Source of the DNA: Candidatus Calditenuaceae archaeon
Lineage (GTDB): Archaea > Thermoproteota > Nitrososphaeria_A > Caldarchaeales > Calditenuaceae
Length of the DNA stretch: 64,000 bases
NCBI GenBank assembly: GCA_025058225.1
Contig: JANXEE010000015.1
Span: 37,808 to 101,807, forward strand
Direction of reading: 5' to 3'
Part shown: in pieces, positions 40,789-50,364 of the stretch
How positions within the stretch are numbered: the first letter of the stretch is position 1
Layout: each line of letters begins with the position of its first letter
Notes under the pieces: generated by a model
The model's input: the letters and a program-made list of their open reading frames with translations, nothing else
Told to the model about the DNA's origin: nothing
The model's database searches: none
Program-made: the position numbers and the translations under genes

Positions 40789-41968
40789 CCCCTCTCCTTG
40801 CCCTGCTGAAGATCTGCGACTCCAGCGACCAGATCCTAGAGAAGGCCTCGCCGGCCCTCTGGTCGAACCGGCTGGCTGCGGAGTACGTGATCAGCTCCTC
40901 GGAGTAGACCGAGTAAGGACTTCTCCTCCCCCTCACCAGCAGCGCGCCCTTCTCCAGCCTCATCCTCACCTCACCGGTGACGTACCTCTGGGTCTCGTCG
41001 ATGAAGGCGTCCAGCGCCTCCCTTAGTGGGTCGTACCAGAGCCCTGCGTAGACGAGCCAGGACCACTCGTCCTCGACGTGCCTCTTGAAGGCGAGGGCCC
41101 TCCTGCTCAGGACCAGCTTCTCCAAGTCCCTGTGGGCCCTGATGAGGACCGTCGCGGCCGGTGCTTCATACACCTCCCTTGACTTGAGGCCGATCACCCT
41201 GTCCTCGATGTGGTCTATCAGTCCCAGGCCATGCCTCCCGGCCCTGAAGTTGAGCTGCTGTATCATCACGTCGAGCCTCATCCTCTCGCCATCGACGGCC
41301 ACCGGCACTCCCCTCTCGAACTCCACCACCAGTTCCTCGGCATCCCTCCACTCAGCGGGTGGTCTGACGAACTTCAGCGCCTCCCATGGTGGCTCAATCC
41401 AGGGGTCCTCGAGCTCGCCCGCCTCGAGAGACCTCCCCCAGAGGTTCTCGTCGATGCTGAACCTGCTCTTGACGAAGTCGATCTTCAGCCCTCTGGACCT
41501 CGCGTACTCGATCTCCTCGTCCCTGCTCATGCCCCACTCCCTCACGGGCGCGATCACCTTCATGTCGGGCACGAAAACCGCGAACGTCGCGTCGAACCTC
41601 AGCTGATCGTTGCCCTTGCCGGTGCAACCGTGAGCGACGCCGTCGCACCCCTCTGCCCTGGCGATCTTCGCCACCTCCTCAGCGATCTGGTACCTTGCCA
41701 GCGCGGTAGAGACCGGGTACTCACCCTGGTAGAGGGCGTTGGCGCGGATGGCCCTCGATACGAACTCCTCCGCGAACCTTGCCTTACCGTCGATCAGGTA
41801 GTGCTTGATGGCTCCCGCGGCGTATGCCCTCCTCTCGACCTCCTCGAAGTCCTCGGGCTGACCGATGTCAACGGTCACCGTGATCACTTCGGCATTGTAT
41901 TTCTCTTGGAGCCATTTGATGGAGACCGTCGTGTCAAGTCCTCCGCTGTAGGCCAGTGCAACTCGCAT
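40772..41968 (-). CDS. argG: Argininosuccinate synthase
   Basis: 398 aa. ALAYSGGLDTTV, AHGCTGKGNDQLRF, SIDENLWGRS. Confidence 0.95.
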   Translation of the reverse strand: MRVALAYSGGLDTTVSIKWLQEKYNAEVITVTVDIGQPEDFEEVERRAYAAGAIKHYLIDGKARFAEEFVSRAIRANALYQGEYPVSTALARYQIAEEVAKIARAEGCDGVAHGCTGKGNDQLRFDATFAVFVPDMKVIAPVREWGMSRDEEIEYARSRGLKIDFVKSRFSIDENLWGRSLEAGELEDPWIEPPWEALKFVRPPAEWRDAEELVVEFERGVPVAVDGERMRLDVMIQQLNFRAGRHGLGLIDHIEDRVIGLKSREVYEAPAATVLIRAHRDLEKLVLSRRALAFKRHVEDEWSWLVYAGLWYDPLREALDAFIDETQRYVTGEVRMRLEKGALLVRGRRSPYSVYSEELITYSAASRFDQRAGEAFSRIWSLESQIFSRARRGVRSGL

Positions 41969-41998
41969 GAGCCTAGAGCTGCCGCGTCGGCTTTATTT

Positions 41999-42268
41999 TT
42001 AATCCCGCTTGGAACCGTCCTCGATTTGCTCGAGACCGCAGTAGGGGCAGACCTTCTCGTCCAGGTCTATCTCCTCCATGCAGTACCAGCAGAACCTCTT
42101 GTTAGGGTCCTCGGGGGTCACAGGCTCCGAGGGCGGCGCTCCGATGCCCAGAACGAAGATCGCCAGCCCGACGATCACCAAGATGCCCAGGGGCAGGAAG
42201 CCCATCAGGAGGAATATCACACCGAAGACGGCGGTGATGACACCCGACAGCACCATGCCCTGATTCAT
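41999..42268 (-). CDS. Small membrane protein with a C-terminal zinc-ribbon (CxxC...CxxC)
   Basis: The start is set at ATG 42268 (ATGA overlap with the upstream gene): MNQGMVLSGVITAVFGVIFLLMGFLPLGILVIVGLAIFVLG ... CWYC ... CPYCG. 89 aa. Confidence 0.5.
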   Translation of the reverse strand: MNQGMVLSGVITAVFGVIFLLMGFLPLGILVIVGLAIFVLGIGAPPSEPVTPEDPNKRFCWYCMEEIDLDEKVCPYCGLEQIEDGSKRD

Positions 42269-42567
42269 GACCTCGACCTCAGCCTCTGCTCCTTTCCCTC
42301 GCATTGGACGACCCCGGAGACACGCCGTATGAAGGAGACGCAGTTGTAGCATATGAGGAATGGGGTCTGGGTGCCAGTGACGGGGCAGTCCACGTACTCC
42401 CTCTTCATCCTCGAGATCATCTTGGAGCTCAGCGCCCCCTTCATCTCCTCAGCGAGCTGCCTGTCGATCCTGAGGGCCTTCGGTGCCACCTTCACCTCCA
42501 CGTGGAACTTCGTCTCCCTCAACGCGGTAACCTGCTCGCGGATCCAAATTAAGTCGCGGTCGATCAC
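42265..42567 (-). CDS. Hypothetical 100-aa Cys-containing protein
   Basis: An ORF with plausible composition and Cys pattern CP-x10-CYNC-x15-C. It is translationally coupled to the downstream small membrane protein. Confidence 0.45.
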   Translation of the reverse strand: MIDRDLIWIREQVTALRETKFHVEVKVAPKALRIDRQLAEEMKGALSSKMISRMKREYVDCPVTGTQTPFLICYNCVSFIRRVSGVVQCEGKEQRLRSRS

Positions 42568-42753
42568 CGGTTACCGTTCCTCGTCAGCCAGGCAAAGTAT
42601 AAATGAGAGGCGATTGAGATGTGGTGAAGCTGGTGGTGCCTATTGCTTCGGCCCGTGAGATAGGAGGAACCTGGTGCTCCGACGTCGCCGATCGAGACGC
42701 GTCTTTCTGTGCCAACGGGCTGCGGCATCCGCTCCTTGCATGAGGTGAAGTGA

Positions 42754-44289
42754 ATGTCGTGGAGAGGAATCGTTCGGGACGCATATCTCTCCCTTCCTGA
42801 GAGGGTGCAGGTCTTCGACACGACTCTCAGGGACGGTGAGCAGACACCCGGGGTGTCGCTGAGGAGGGACGAGAAGGTCGCTATAGGCCGGGCTCTCGCA
42901 GAGCTCGGAGTTGCCGTCATCGAGGCAGGTTATCCCGCGGTCTCCAAAGGGGAGTTCGAATCGGTGAGGGAGGTGTCAAGGCTCGGCCTCGGGTCTAAGG
43001 TCTGCGCTCTGGCGCGTTGCGATCGAAGGGACATCGATCAGGCGGTCGACGCCGGCGTCGATTGGGTGCACGTCTTCATAGCAACATCCGAGATCCACAT
43101 GACGCACAAGCTGAAGATGACGCCTGAGCAGGTCTATCAGACTGCGATCGAATGCGTCGAGTACGCCAGATCCAGGGGCGTGGAGGTCCACTTCTCCTGT
43201 GAGGACGCCACACGGTCCGAGAGGTCGTTCCTCCTGAAGGTCTACAAGGGAGCAGCTGAGGCAGGAGCCCACAGCCTGGACATACCCGACACCGTCGGGG
43301 TCGCCATCCCCCTCGTGATGAGGGAGCTGGCCAGGAGCGTCAGGGCTGCCACAGGCCTTCCGGTTGCGGTTCACTGCCACGACGACATGGGCTTAGCTAC
43401 TGCCAACACGATCGCCGGAGTAGAGGGAGGTGCGGAGATCGTTCACGTCACGATCAACGGCATCGGCGAGAGGGCCGGGAACGCTAGCCTAGAGGAGGTG
43501 GTCGTTGCCCTCAAGTACCTCTACGGCATCGACTCAGGAATCGACCTGAACAGGCTGGCGAGCGTCTCGAGGATGGTTGCGAGCTTCACCGGTATGCAGG
43601 TCCAGAAGAACAAGGCCATCGTCGGGGATCACGCCTTCTCCCACGAGAGCGGTATCCACGTTCACGGCATCATCAACAACCCCTACACCTACGAGCCCAT
43701 CATGCCTGAGGTCGTGGGTAAGAGGAGGAGGATAGTGGTGGGGAAGCACTCCGGGACACACGCTGTGATGGAGGTCCTCAAACAGCACGGCTTCGAGGTG
43801 AGCTTTGAAGAGGGCAAGAGGGTGCTCAGCAAGGTGAAGGATTACGCCGACAATGGGTTGAGGCTCACGGAACATCTACTGCTGAGGCTCGTGAGGGACG
43901 ATCCCAAGTTAGTCTCTGCTCAGCCTTTCGAGGTGGTTTCGTTCAGGATAGGAGTTGACGACAACGGCTTCTCCAGTGACATCGAAGTCCATGTCAAGGG
44001 TGAGTCCATCAGGGGTGAGGGCAGGGGAACGTCTTCTGTCGCTGCCTCCATCGAGGCCGTGAAGAACGTCATCTCAAGGGTATTAGGTCCTATCGATGTC
44101 GCCGAGTACTCCGTTTACGTCCCGCCCAACCCCGACAGGTATCCCGCGGAGGCCGAGGCCCTTGTGAGGTTCAATGGGGTGACGCTGGTGGGAAGAGGTC
44201 TTGCCCACGATCCAGCCCTTGCGGTCGCGATGGCAATAGGTGGCGCTGTGTCACAGGCGCTGGCCGAGAAGGGAGGTCATGTGAAGTGA
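42754..44289 (+). CDS. leuA: 2-isopropylmalate synthase / (R)-citramalate synthase family (LeuA/CimA)
   Basis: 511 aa. FDTTLRDGEQTPGV, HCHDDMGLATANT, HVTINGIGERAGNA, and a C-terminal LeuA-dimer regulatory domain. Confidence 0.9.
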   Translation: MSWRGIVRDAYLSLPERVQVFDTTLRDGEQTPGVSLRRDEKVAIGRALAELGVAVIEAGYPAVSKGEFESVREVSRLGLGSKVCALARCDRRDIDQAVDAGVDWVHVFIATSEIHMTHKLKMTPEQVYQTAIECVEYARSRGVEVHFSCEDATRSERSFLLKVYKGAAEAGAHSLDIPDTVGVAIPLVMRELARSVRAATGLPVAVHCHDDMGLATANTIAGVEGGAEIVHVTINGIGERAGNASLEEVVVALKYLYGIDSGIDLNRLASVSRMVASFTGMQVQKNKAIVGDHAFSHESGIHVHGIINNPYTYEPIMPEVVGKRRRIVVGKHSGTHAVMEVLKQHGFEVSFEEGKRVLSKVKDYADNGLRLTEHLLLRLVRDDPKLVSAQPFEVVSFRIGVDDNGFSSDIEVHVKGESIRGEGRGTSSVAASIEAVKNVISRVLGPIDVAEYSVYVPPNPDRYPAEAEALVRFNGVTLVGRGLAHDPALAVAMAIGGAVSQALAEKGGHVK

Positions 44290-46013
44290 ACGCGGCCAAG
44301 AAGCTCGTCAAGTCAATGGAAGAGTTAGGAGTAGAGGCGATCTTCGGCATCCCGGGAGGCGCGAACCTGCCCTTCTATGACGCCCTCGTCGACTCGGACA
44401 TCTGGAGCTACCTGATGAGACACGAACAGCAGGCGACTCACGCGGCTGAGGGTTACGCGAGGGTGAAGAGGAAGCCCGGCATAGCTTCAGGCACCTCAGG
44501 TCCAGGGGCGACGAACCTCATAACAGGTATAGTGAACGCTGCCATGGACAGCGCACCGCTGGTCGCTATTACTGGCCAAGTCACCAGGCCCTTCATGGGG
44601 ACCGATGCGTTCCAGGAGTCAGACATAGTCGGCATGGTTCTTCCTCACGTGAAGTACGCCACGACCGTCCTGCGCTCCGAGAGGCTCACGCAGGAGTTCG
44701 TGAACGCCTACTTCTGTGCCTCATCGCCCAGAGCCGGACCCGTTTTGATCGATGTCCCGCGCGACGTCTTTCAGGAGGAGGTCAGTGGTGAGTTCACGCT
44801 TGAACCGGAGCCGGGTTTCGCGAGGTCACCGCGAGAGCCGAGCGGAGAGGCCATACTGAAGGCTGTGGAGCTGATAGAGCGCTCCAAGAGGCCGCTGATA
44901 CTCGTCGGTGGAGGAGTGTGGAGCAGTGACGCGACCAGCGAGGTGCTCGAGCTGGCGGAGCGGGTGCACGCGCCCGTCGTGACCACGACCCCCGGGAAGA
45001 CTTCCGTGCCTGAGGACCATCCGAACGTGTTGGGTGTAGTCGGGATGCACGGCCGCGTCGAGGCCAACCTCGCGATGGTGGAGGCCGATCTCGTCATCGC
45101 GATAGGATCGAGACTCTCCGACAGAGCCATCGGCCCAGCCAACGAGTTCAGGAAAGGGAAGAGCCTGATACATTTAGACATTGACCCATCTGAGGACTCG
45201 AAGGTCGTCAAACCGGACGTCTTCATTCAGTCGGACTGTAAGCTGGCCCTGAGAGCCCTCCTGAGGACTCTGAGGGGTTCGAGGTCAGATGTCGATCCGG
45301 AGTGGATACCACGCCTCAAGGAGGTCGGAGCGGTTTACGACGAGTACATGCTCTCCCAGGACGACTCCGGAGCTCTCTCCTCTTGGAAGGTGGTCAAGCT
45401 CTTGAGGGACGAGCTGCCCAGGTCGGCGATCGTGACGACCGGTGTCGGACAGCACCAGATGTGGGCCCAGCTCTTCTACAGGGTCCTGGAGCCGGGGACG
45501 TTCATCACGAGCGCGGGCCTCGGGACTATGGGCTTCGGCTTGCCGGCAGCCTTCGGCGCGAAAGTGGCCGCACCGAACAGGGTGGTCGCGAACCTCGATG
45601 GCGACGGCAGCTTCCTGATGACCTGTCAGACGCTCGCCAACATCGCGGAGAACGACGTCCCGGTCATCACGGTGATCTTCGACAACAGGAGCCTCGGCAT
45701 GGTACGTCAGTGGCAGGACCTCTTCTACAGGAGGAGATACAAGGACGTCGACTTCACGGACCTGACCAACCTGGTGAAGCTCTCGGAGGCCTTCGGGGTT
45801 GAGGCGCACTTCGTCCAGGACTACAACGACCTGAGGTCCCACGTCAGGAGGGCCGTAAGGGACGATCAGGCGATGGTGCTGGACGTGCCCGTCAATCGCG
45901 ATGAGAAGGTCTTCCCTATGGTTCCCCCGGGCAAGCCGCTGGAGGAGACGATATACCCGCCAGGGTTCTCTCCGAGGCCTGTCCTGGACCTCAAGGGCAC
46001 CTCGACCCGCTGA
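44286..46013 (+). CDS. ilvB: Acetolactate synthase large (catalytic) subunit, ThDP-dependent
   Basis: 575 aa. GIPGGANLPFYDAL, SGPGATNL, ThDP motif GDGSFLM ... N. GTGA overlap with leuA. No ilvN is seen downstream. Confidence 0.9.
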   Translation: MNAAKKLVKSMEELGVEAIFGIPGGANLPFYDALVDSDIWSYLMRHEQQATHAAEGYARVKRKPGIASGTSGPGATNLITGIVNAAMDSAPLVAITGQVTRPFMGTDAFQESDIVGMVLPHVKYATTVLRSERLTQEFVNAYFCASSPRAGPVLIDVPRDVFQEEVSGEFTLEPEPGFARSPREPSGEAILKAVELIERSKRPLILVGGGVWSSDATSEVLELAERVHAPVVTTTPGKTSVPEDHPNVLGVVGMHGRVEANLAMVEADLVIAIGSRLSDRAIGPANEFRKGKSLIHLDIDPSEDSKVVKPDVFIQSDCKLALRALLRTLRGSRSDVDPEWIPRLKEVGAVYDEYMLSQDDSGALSSWKVVKLLRDELPRSAIVTTGVGQHQMWAQLFYRVLEPGTFITSAGLGTMGFGLPAAFGAKVAAPNRVVANLDGDGSFLMTCQTLANIAENDVPVITVIFDNRSLGMVRQWQDLFYRRRYKDVDFTDLTNLVKLSEAFGVEAHFVQDYNDLRSHVRRAVRDDQAMVLDVPVNRDEKVFPMVPPGKPLEETIYPPGFSPRPVLDLKGTSTR

Positions 46014-46098
46014 TCGGGCTTCCCCGACCAGCACTACCGTCGGTCGTGACTCCGGCATCAGACAGGAATAAAGGGAGCGAGTTGAGGTTTGGGGTGGG

Positions 46099-47808
46099 TT
46101 GGTGGGTGCTTCAGGGATCGCCTCCAAGTACAAGTTCCTCTTCAGGCCTCCAGGTGCGGACTTCGCGCCCCTTCTCCTGATCGCGACGGCCCTTGTCACG
46201 GCCTTCGTCGTGGAGCAGGGTGAACTCTCAGCGGCCGATTGGATGCTATGGATGGGGTCCCTCGCGCTCGCTCCGATAGCTGTGAACGTCGTCGCTTCGA
46301 GGTCTGTTTACGGCGGTTCGGATGTCGTTACGTTACGGAGGCTAAACATGCTCTCCCTCCTCGAGAACTACTTCAGCCTCGCGGCCTCAGCCATCGGGAC
46401 CCTCTACGGGGTCGTGGCTCAGGGCAATCAGGTCAACTGGAGGGCCTACATTGCGTCGGTCTCCTTCTCGGGTTACGTGAGGGTCACGGTGCTCGCGGCC
46501 CTCGATGGGCACCCAAAGGGTTACCCGGTCGGGTTAGCAGAGGCCCTTATCAGGTATTTCGTCGTCCTCGGGAGGCCCGAGCTTTACCATCACGCTTCCG
46601 TCTCAATGGCGGTCACGCTTCTGGCGCCCCTCGGATCGTTGGCAGCGCTCTCCAAAGGCTTCTCGGGCACGACTCCTCTGAGGCTGGCAAGGGGGTTCGC
46701 CAGAGCTATCCTCTCAGGCAACGCGGACCTCCTCGAGAGGGAGCTCAGGTTCCTCTCCACCTACAGGGACTTCACGTCCACGGCGATGGTCTTCAGAACA
46801 TCCTCGGGAAGGAAGTACGCACTGCTGGTCACGGACTTCCACTTCGGTCCGTTCAGGAACGTCGGTAGCTCCATGATGAACTATCAGGTCGAGCTGGAGC
46901 TTTCAAAGAGGGGTACGGAGGCTCTGGTGGTGAAGGGGTGCGCAGGCCACGAAGCCGACATCGTCGACACCTCATCTGTGAGGAGAGTAGTTCTGGAGCT
47001 GGCAGATCGCGTCTCGAACGGTCATGGGCCCTCATCGAACTCGATCTCGATACTCCCACACCGTGAGCTCGATGGCGTCTCGTTCGTGGGACTCAAGGCT
47101 TGCGGGAAATCGCTGGTGGTAGCGACGCTTCACCCCATGCCGATGGAAGACTTCCCCAAGTCTCTCGAAGAGCCCTTCCGAGGACGGGGCGTCAGGCTGA
47201 TCGATCCCCACAACTCATTTCGGGACGGATACGACGGTCTCACCGAGTTCGAGGTGGGGAAGGTACAGAGGGCGCTCGAGGAGTTCCTGAAGGTTGACGG
47301 CGTCGCAGGCAGCGCTAGGGTCGCGCTGGTAAAGGAGGTGCCGGAAGACCTCGGTCCGACGGAGGGGATCGGTCCCTCCGGGATGTCGGTGCTCGGGGTG
47401 GAGGTGGGAGGCGTGAGGCTGGCGTTGGCCGTGGTCGACGGTAACAACGCTCTTCCCGACGTGAGGCCCTCGGTCATCGAGGCAATCAGGGAGGAGGGTT
47501 GGGACCATGTCGAGTTCCTCACGACCGACACGCATGCCGTGAACGGCGTCAGGCTCGGCGGGCGGGGTTACAGGACCATCGGTGAGGTGGTGAGCTCGAA
47601 GGCCCTCGCTGAGCGGCTGAGGAGGCTTGCCAAGAGGGCCCTGAGCTCGATGGAGGAGGCGGAGGTCTCCGTCGTGGACACGTCCCACCCGAATGTCCCT
47701 ACTCTGAGCAGCGAGGCCCTTGAGAGGCTCTCGGTTCTCATGCAGAAGTCGATCGCTGTCTACGTCCTGATCATGGTTGCCTCCGGCCTGTTGCCTCTGA
47801 TCCTCTGA
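46099..47808 (+). CDS. Large archaeal membrane protein (N-terminal multi-TM region, large soluble domain, C-terminal TM); possibly DUF2070 family (tentative)
   Basis: 569-aa ORF with about 6 N-terminal TM helices, a soluble region of about 330 aa, and a terminal TM helix (IAVYVLIMVASGLLPLIL). Confidence 0.55.
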   Translation: MVGASGIASKYKFLFRPPGADFAPLLLIATALVTAFVVEQGELSAADWMLWMGSLALAPIAVNVVASRSVYGGSDVVTLRRLNMLSLLENYFSLAASAIGTLYGVVAQGNQVNWRAYIASVSFSGYVRVTVLAALDGHPKGYPVGLAEALIRYFVVLGRPELYHHASVSMAVTLLAPLGSLAALSKGFSGTTPLRLARGFARAILSGNADLLERELRFLSTYRDFTSTAMVFRTSSGRKYALLVTDFHFGPFRNVGSSMMNYQVELELSKRGTEALVVKGCAGHEADIVDTSSVRRVVLELADRVSNGHGPSSNSISILPHRELDGVSFVGLKACGKSLVVATLHPMPMEDFPKSLEEPFRGRGVRLIDPHNSFRDGYDGLTEFEVGKVQRALEEFLKVDGVAGSARVALVKEVPEDLGPTEGIGPSGMSVLGVEVGGVRLALAVVDGNNALPDVRPSVIEAIREEGWDHVEFLTTDTHAVNGVRLGGRGYRTIGEVVSSKALAERLRRLAKRALSSMEEAEVSVVDTSHPNVPTLSSEALERLSVLMQKSIAVYVLIMVASGLLPLIL

Positions 47809-47867
47809 GTCCGGTCGTCGGAGATCGCGGCTAAGCTTTTATCGAGTGGGACATCGAGTCTGGTGGG

Positions 47868-48713
47868 ATGCTTCTGGGAGCACACGTCTCGATCTCCGGA
47901 TCGATCGCCAGGTCAGTCGACAGGGCCGAAGAGCTGGGATGCACTACCTTTCAGATCTTCACGAGGAACCCCAGGGGGTGGAGGTACACCAGGCTGAAGG
48001 AGGAGGACGTCGATGACTTCAGGAGGAGAAGGAGGGAGGCTGGTTATGAGGTGGTCGTAGCCCACATGCCTTACCTCCCCAACATCGCGTCGCCGGTGAG
48101 GGAGGGGTGGGAGAAGTCGGTCAGGTCGCTGATCGAGGAGCTGAGGAGGTGCGACCTGCTCGGCATCGAGTACCTCGTCTGTCACCTGGGCAGCCATCTG
48201 GGCAAGGGGGTCGAGGTGGGCACCTCTCAGGTCGTAAAGGCAGTCGACAGGGCCCTCGGAGAGGTCGACCCCAAGTGTCAGCTGCTGCTTGAGAACATGG
48301 CCGGACAGAAGGGTAGCGTCGGTTCGAGGTTCGAGGAGATCAACGCGATCTTCACGAAGCTCTCCCACCGCGACAGGGTCGGAGTATGCCTCGACACCTG
48401 TCACCTCTACGCAGCCGGCTATGACGTGCGGACTGCCGGTGGTCTGGAAGACGCGATCAGGTCCTTCGACGAGCTGGTCGGCGTCGGCGCCCTCAAGGTC
48501 CTTCACCTTAACGACTCAAAGGGGGGGCTGGGCAGCAGGCTCGACCGGCACGAGCACATAGGCCTCGGAAGGATAGGGAAGGAGGGCTTCAGGAGGATTA
48601 TCAACCACGAGAAGCTCCGGAGGCTTCCGATGATAATCGAGACTCCCGAGGACGAACACGGTGACTACAGCAGAGATCTGAGGGTTCTGAAGTCGCTCTA
48701 CGAAGGGAGCTGA
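47868..48713 (+). CDS. nfo: Endonuclease IV (AP endonuclease, TIM barrel)
   Basis: 281 aa. GAHVSISG, FQIFTRNPRGW, LENMAGQ, VCLDTCHLYAAGYD, HLNDSK ... GSRLDRHEHIGLG. Confidence 0.9.
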   Translation: MLLGAHVSISGSIARSVDRAEELGCTTFQIFTRNPRGWRYTRLKEEDVDDFRRRRREAGYEVVVAHMPYLPNIASPVREGWEKSVRSLIEELRRCDLLGIEYLVCHLGSHLGKGVEVGTSQVVKAVDRALGEVDPKCQLLLENMAGQKGSVGSRFEEINAIFTKLSHRDRVGVCLDTCHLYAAGYDVRTAGGLEDAIRSFDELVGVGALKVLHLNDSKGGLGSRLDRHEHIGLGRIGKEGFRRIINHEKLRRLPMIIETPEDEHGDYSRDLRVLKSLYEGS

Positions 48714-48716
48714 GCG

Positions 48717-49184
48717 TTGGATCTCCTGAGGAGGCTGTGGCTATACGGCACGTCGCTGCTGAGAGATCCTAGGACGTACAGGTTCGTAGCCGTCGGTGTC
48801 GCTACGCTGGTTCTGGCCGAGGGGCTCATGTTCGGCATGGTCGACTTGCTGGGCGTTGAGTCGCTGCTCAGCGCGATAGTCGTTACCGAGTTGGTTCTGG
48901 TGGTGAACTTCTTCATCAACGACAGGTGGACCTTCAGGTCCCACACCAACCCTAACAACAGGTTCTCGGCCAGGCTTCTGAAGTTCCACGTCTCGAGGCT
49001 CGGGAGCATAGCGGTCAACCTCGCTACGTTCTACACTCTGAACAAGGTCTTCCTGGTGCATTACTTGGTTGCGTACTTCCTCGCGGTCGTGGTGGCTTTC
49101 GCCTTCAACCTCCTGACGAGCTTCTTCTGGGTCTGGAGGGTCTTCCCCACGAGTTACGAGAGGGTCAGGCGAGGATCCGTATAG
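48717..49184 (+). CDS. GtrA-family membrane protein
   Basis: 155 aa with 4 TM helices. The motif is VNFFINDRWTFRS. Confidence 0.8.
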   Translation: MDLLRRLWLYGTSLLRDPRTYRFVAVGVATLVLAEGLMFGMVDLLGVESLLSAIVVTELVLVVNFFINDRWTFRSHTNPNNRFSARLLKFHVSRLGSIAVNLATFYTLNKVFLVHYLVAYFLAVVVAFAFNLLTSFFWVWRVFPTSYERVRRGSV

Positions 49185-49203
49185 AGCTTGAGCGGTTGAA
49201 GAT
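49179..49203. repeat. Copy 2 of the intergenic motif GTATAGAGCTTGAGCGGTTGAAGAT
   Basis: The 18-nt core at 49186-49203 is identical to 471-488. It lies in the 36-nt gap between the convergent GtrA and SWIM genes, and its TATA-like part overlaps the GtrA stop codon. Confidence 0.5.
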
Positions 49204-49220
49204 TGAAACCTGAGGGCTCA

Positions 49221-49541
49221 CTACCCCCAGTCCAACCACTCGTCGATCAGGTACCAGAACCAGTAGTCCTCTTCATCGACCGCAATGTAGTTCCCCTCGG
49301 TGATCGCCTCCTTAACCGCGACCAGATGGTAGCATGAGGGTTTGTGGCCCCTGATGACCCTGAAGAAGTAGTCGTCGCAAGTGCAGTAGTTGACCTCGGG
49401 CATGACGACGTAATCCCTCTTCCTCCCCACCACTACCCAGACCACGCGGCCGCTGGGCGTGAAGACATAGCGCTTCACTCTCCCCTCCTCGGTGAGCCTC
49501 CGCGCCTCCTCCTCGGGCTCAAGCCTCCTCCTCGAACTCAA
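49221..49541 (-). CDS. SWIM zinc-finger protein
   Basis: 106 aa. The CxCx(n)CxH signature is YCTCDDYFFRVIRGHKPSCYHLVA. Confidence 0.7.
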   Translation of the reverse strand: MSSRRRLEPEEEARRLTEEGRVKRYVFTPSGRVVWVVVGRKRDYVVMPEVNYCTCDDYFFRVIRGHKPSCYHLVAVKEAITEGNYIAVDEEDYWFWYLIDEWLDWG

Positions 49542-50328
49542 GTTCTCCCAACCTTCCGAGCAGCTCGCCCGATGTGCTCAACACGTCCGCGTCGAGGACG
49601 TTGAACGCCCCTGACCTGAGCAGAGGGCTCGTCCTCCCGGAGCTGGGGAGCGCTGAGACATCGACGCCAGGCGCCATGGGGCTGAAGTGAGCCAATATCA
49701 GCAACCTGACGCGGCCTCTGACCCTAGATACTGCAAAGGCCTCCGAGTAGCCCGGTCGTGAGGCGACTGCCCTCGCGAGCCTCGACCTCGAACCCTCGAT
49801 CAGCAGGTGCACCTTCATCCTCACGTTCCCCTCCGGCGTCCTGATCACCGCGGTCGGGTGGGTGTGTCCGATGACGTAGGTCTTGGCGTTCAACGACTCC
49901 GGGAGAGGCCACGTATGACCGTGCATGACCCAGTACTCTCCGATCCTGATTCCCCTGCTGCCAGCGACCCTTCCGAGACCACCGATCAGTTCCGAGATGC
50001 CAGCGTCGTGGTTCCCCGGCAGCACCACTATCTCTTCGAACGCCTTACTGAGCCCCTCGAGCATCGCCCTCACGCCCACCTCCTCCCTCCAGCTCACGCC
50101 GGTGACCCTGTGCTTGACGTCTCCCATCAGCACTAGGACCTCTGCTCCGGATCGCTCACCAAGCCCCAAAAGGTACCCAGTGACTTTGGGCGCCTGAGGC
50201 GGTACTCTGATGCCCTTCGATGCCAGCTCCAGCTCGTACCCCAAGTGTACGTCCGTCACCAGCAGATACCTCCGTCCGGAGCTCTCGATCACGACGGCCG
50301 GTTGCTGGTCCAGGAATCTCAGCGCCAA
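49519..50328 (-). CDS. Calcineurin-like metallophosphoesterase (COG1407/PdeM-like, tentative subfamily)
   Basis: 269 aa. TDVHLGYE, LMGDVKH, LPGNHD, MHGHTWP, IGHTHP. It overlaps the SWIM gene by 23 nt. Confidence 0.8.
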   Translation of the reverse strand: MALRFLDQQPAVVIESSGRRYLLVTDVHLGYELELASKGIRVPPQAPKVTGYLLGLGERSGAEVLVLMGDVKHRVTGVSWREEVGVRAMLEGLSKAFEEIVVLPGNHDAGISELIGGLGRVAGSRGIRIGEYWVMHGHTWPLPESLNAKTYVIGHTHPTAVIRTPEGNVRMKVHLLIEGSRSRLARAVASRPGYSEAFAVSRVRGRVRLLILAHFSPMAPGVDVSALPSSGRTSPLLRSGAFNVLDADVLSTSGELLGRLGELEFEEEA

Positions 50329-50364
50329 TACCCAGAGATTGGGATGTGGTAGGTGGTCTAAAAA

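Noticed and set aside
465-49203. The 18-nt identical direct repeats at 471-488 and 49186-49203 as att sites of an integrated element.
   Set aside because: The 48.7 kb between them is core housekeeping: L30e, NusA, SecE, Spt5, ArgG, LeuA, IlvB. No integrase, transposase or viral gene is present.
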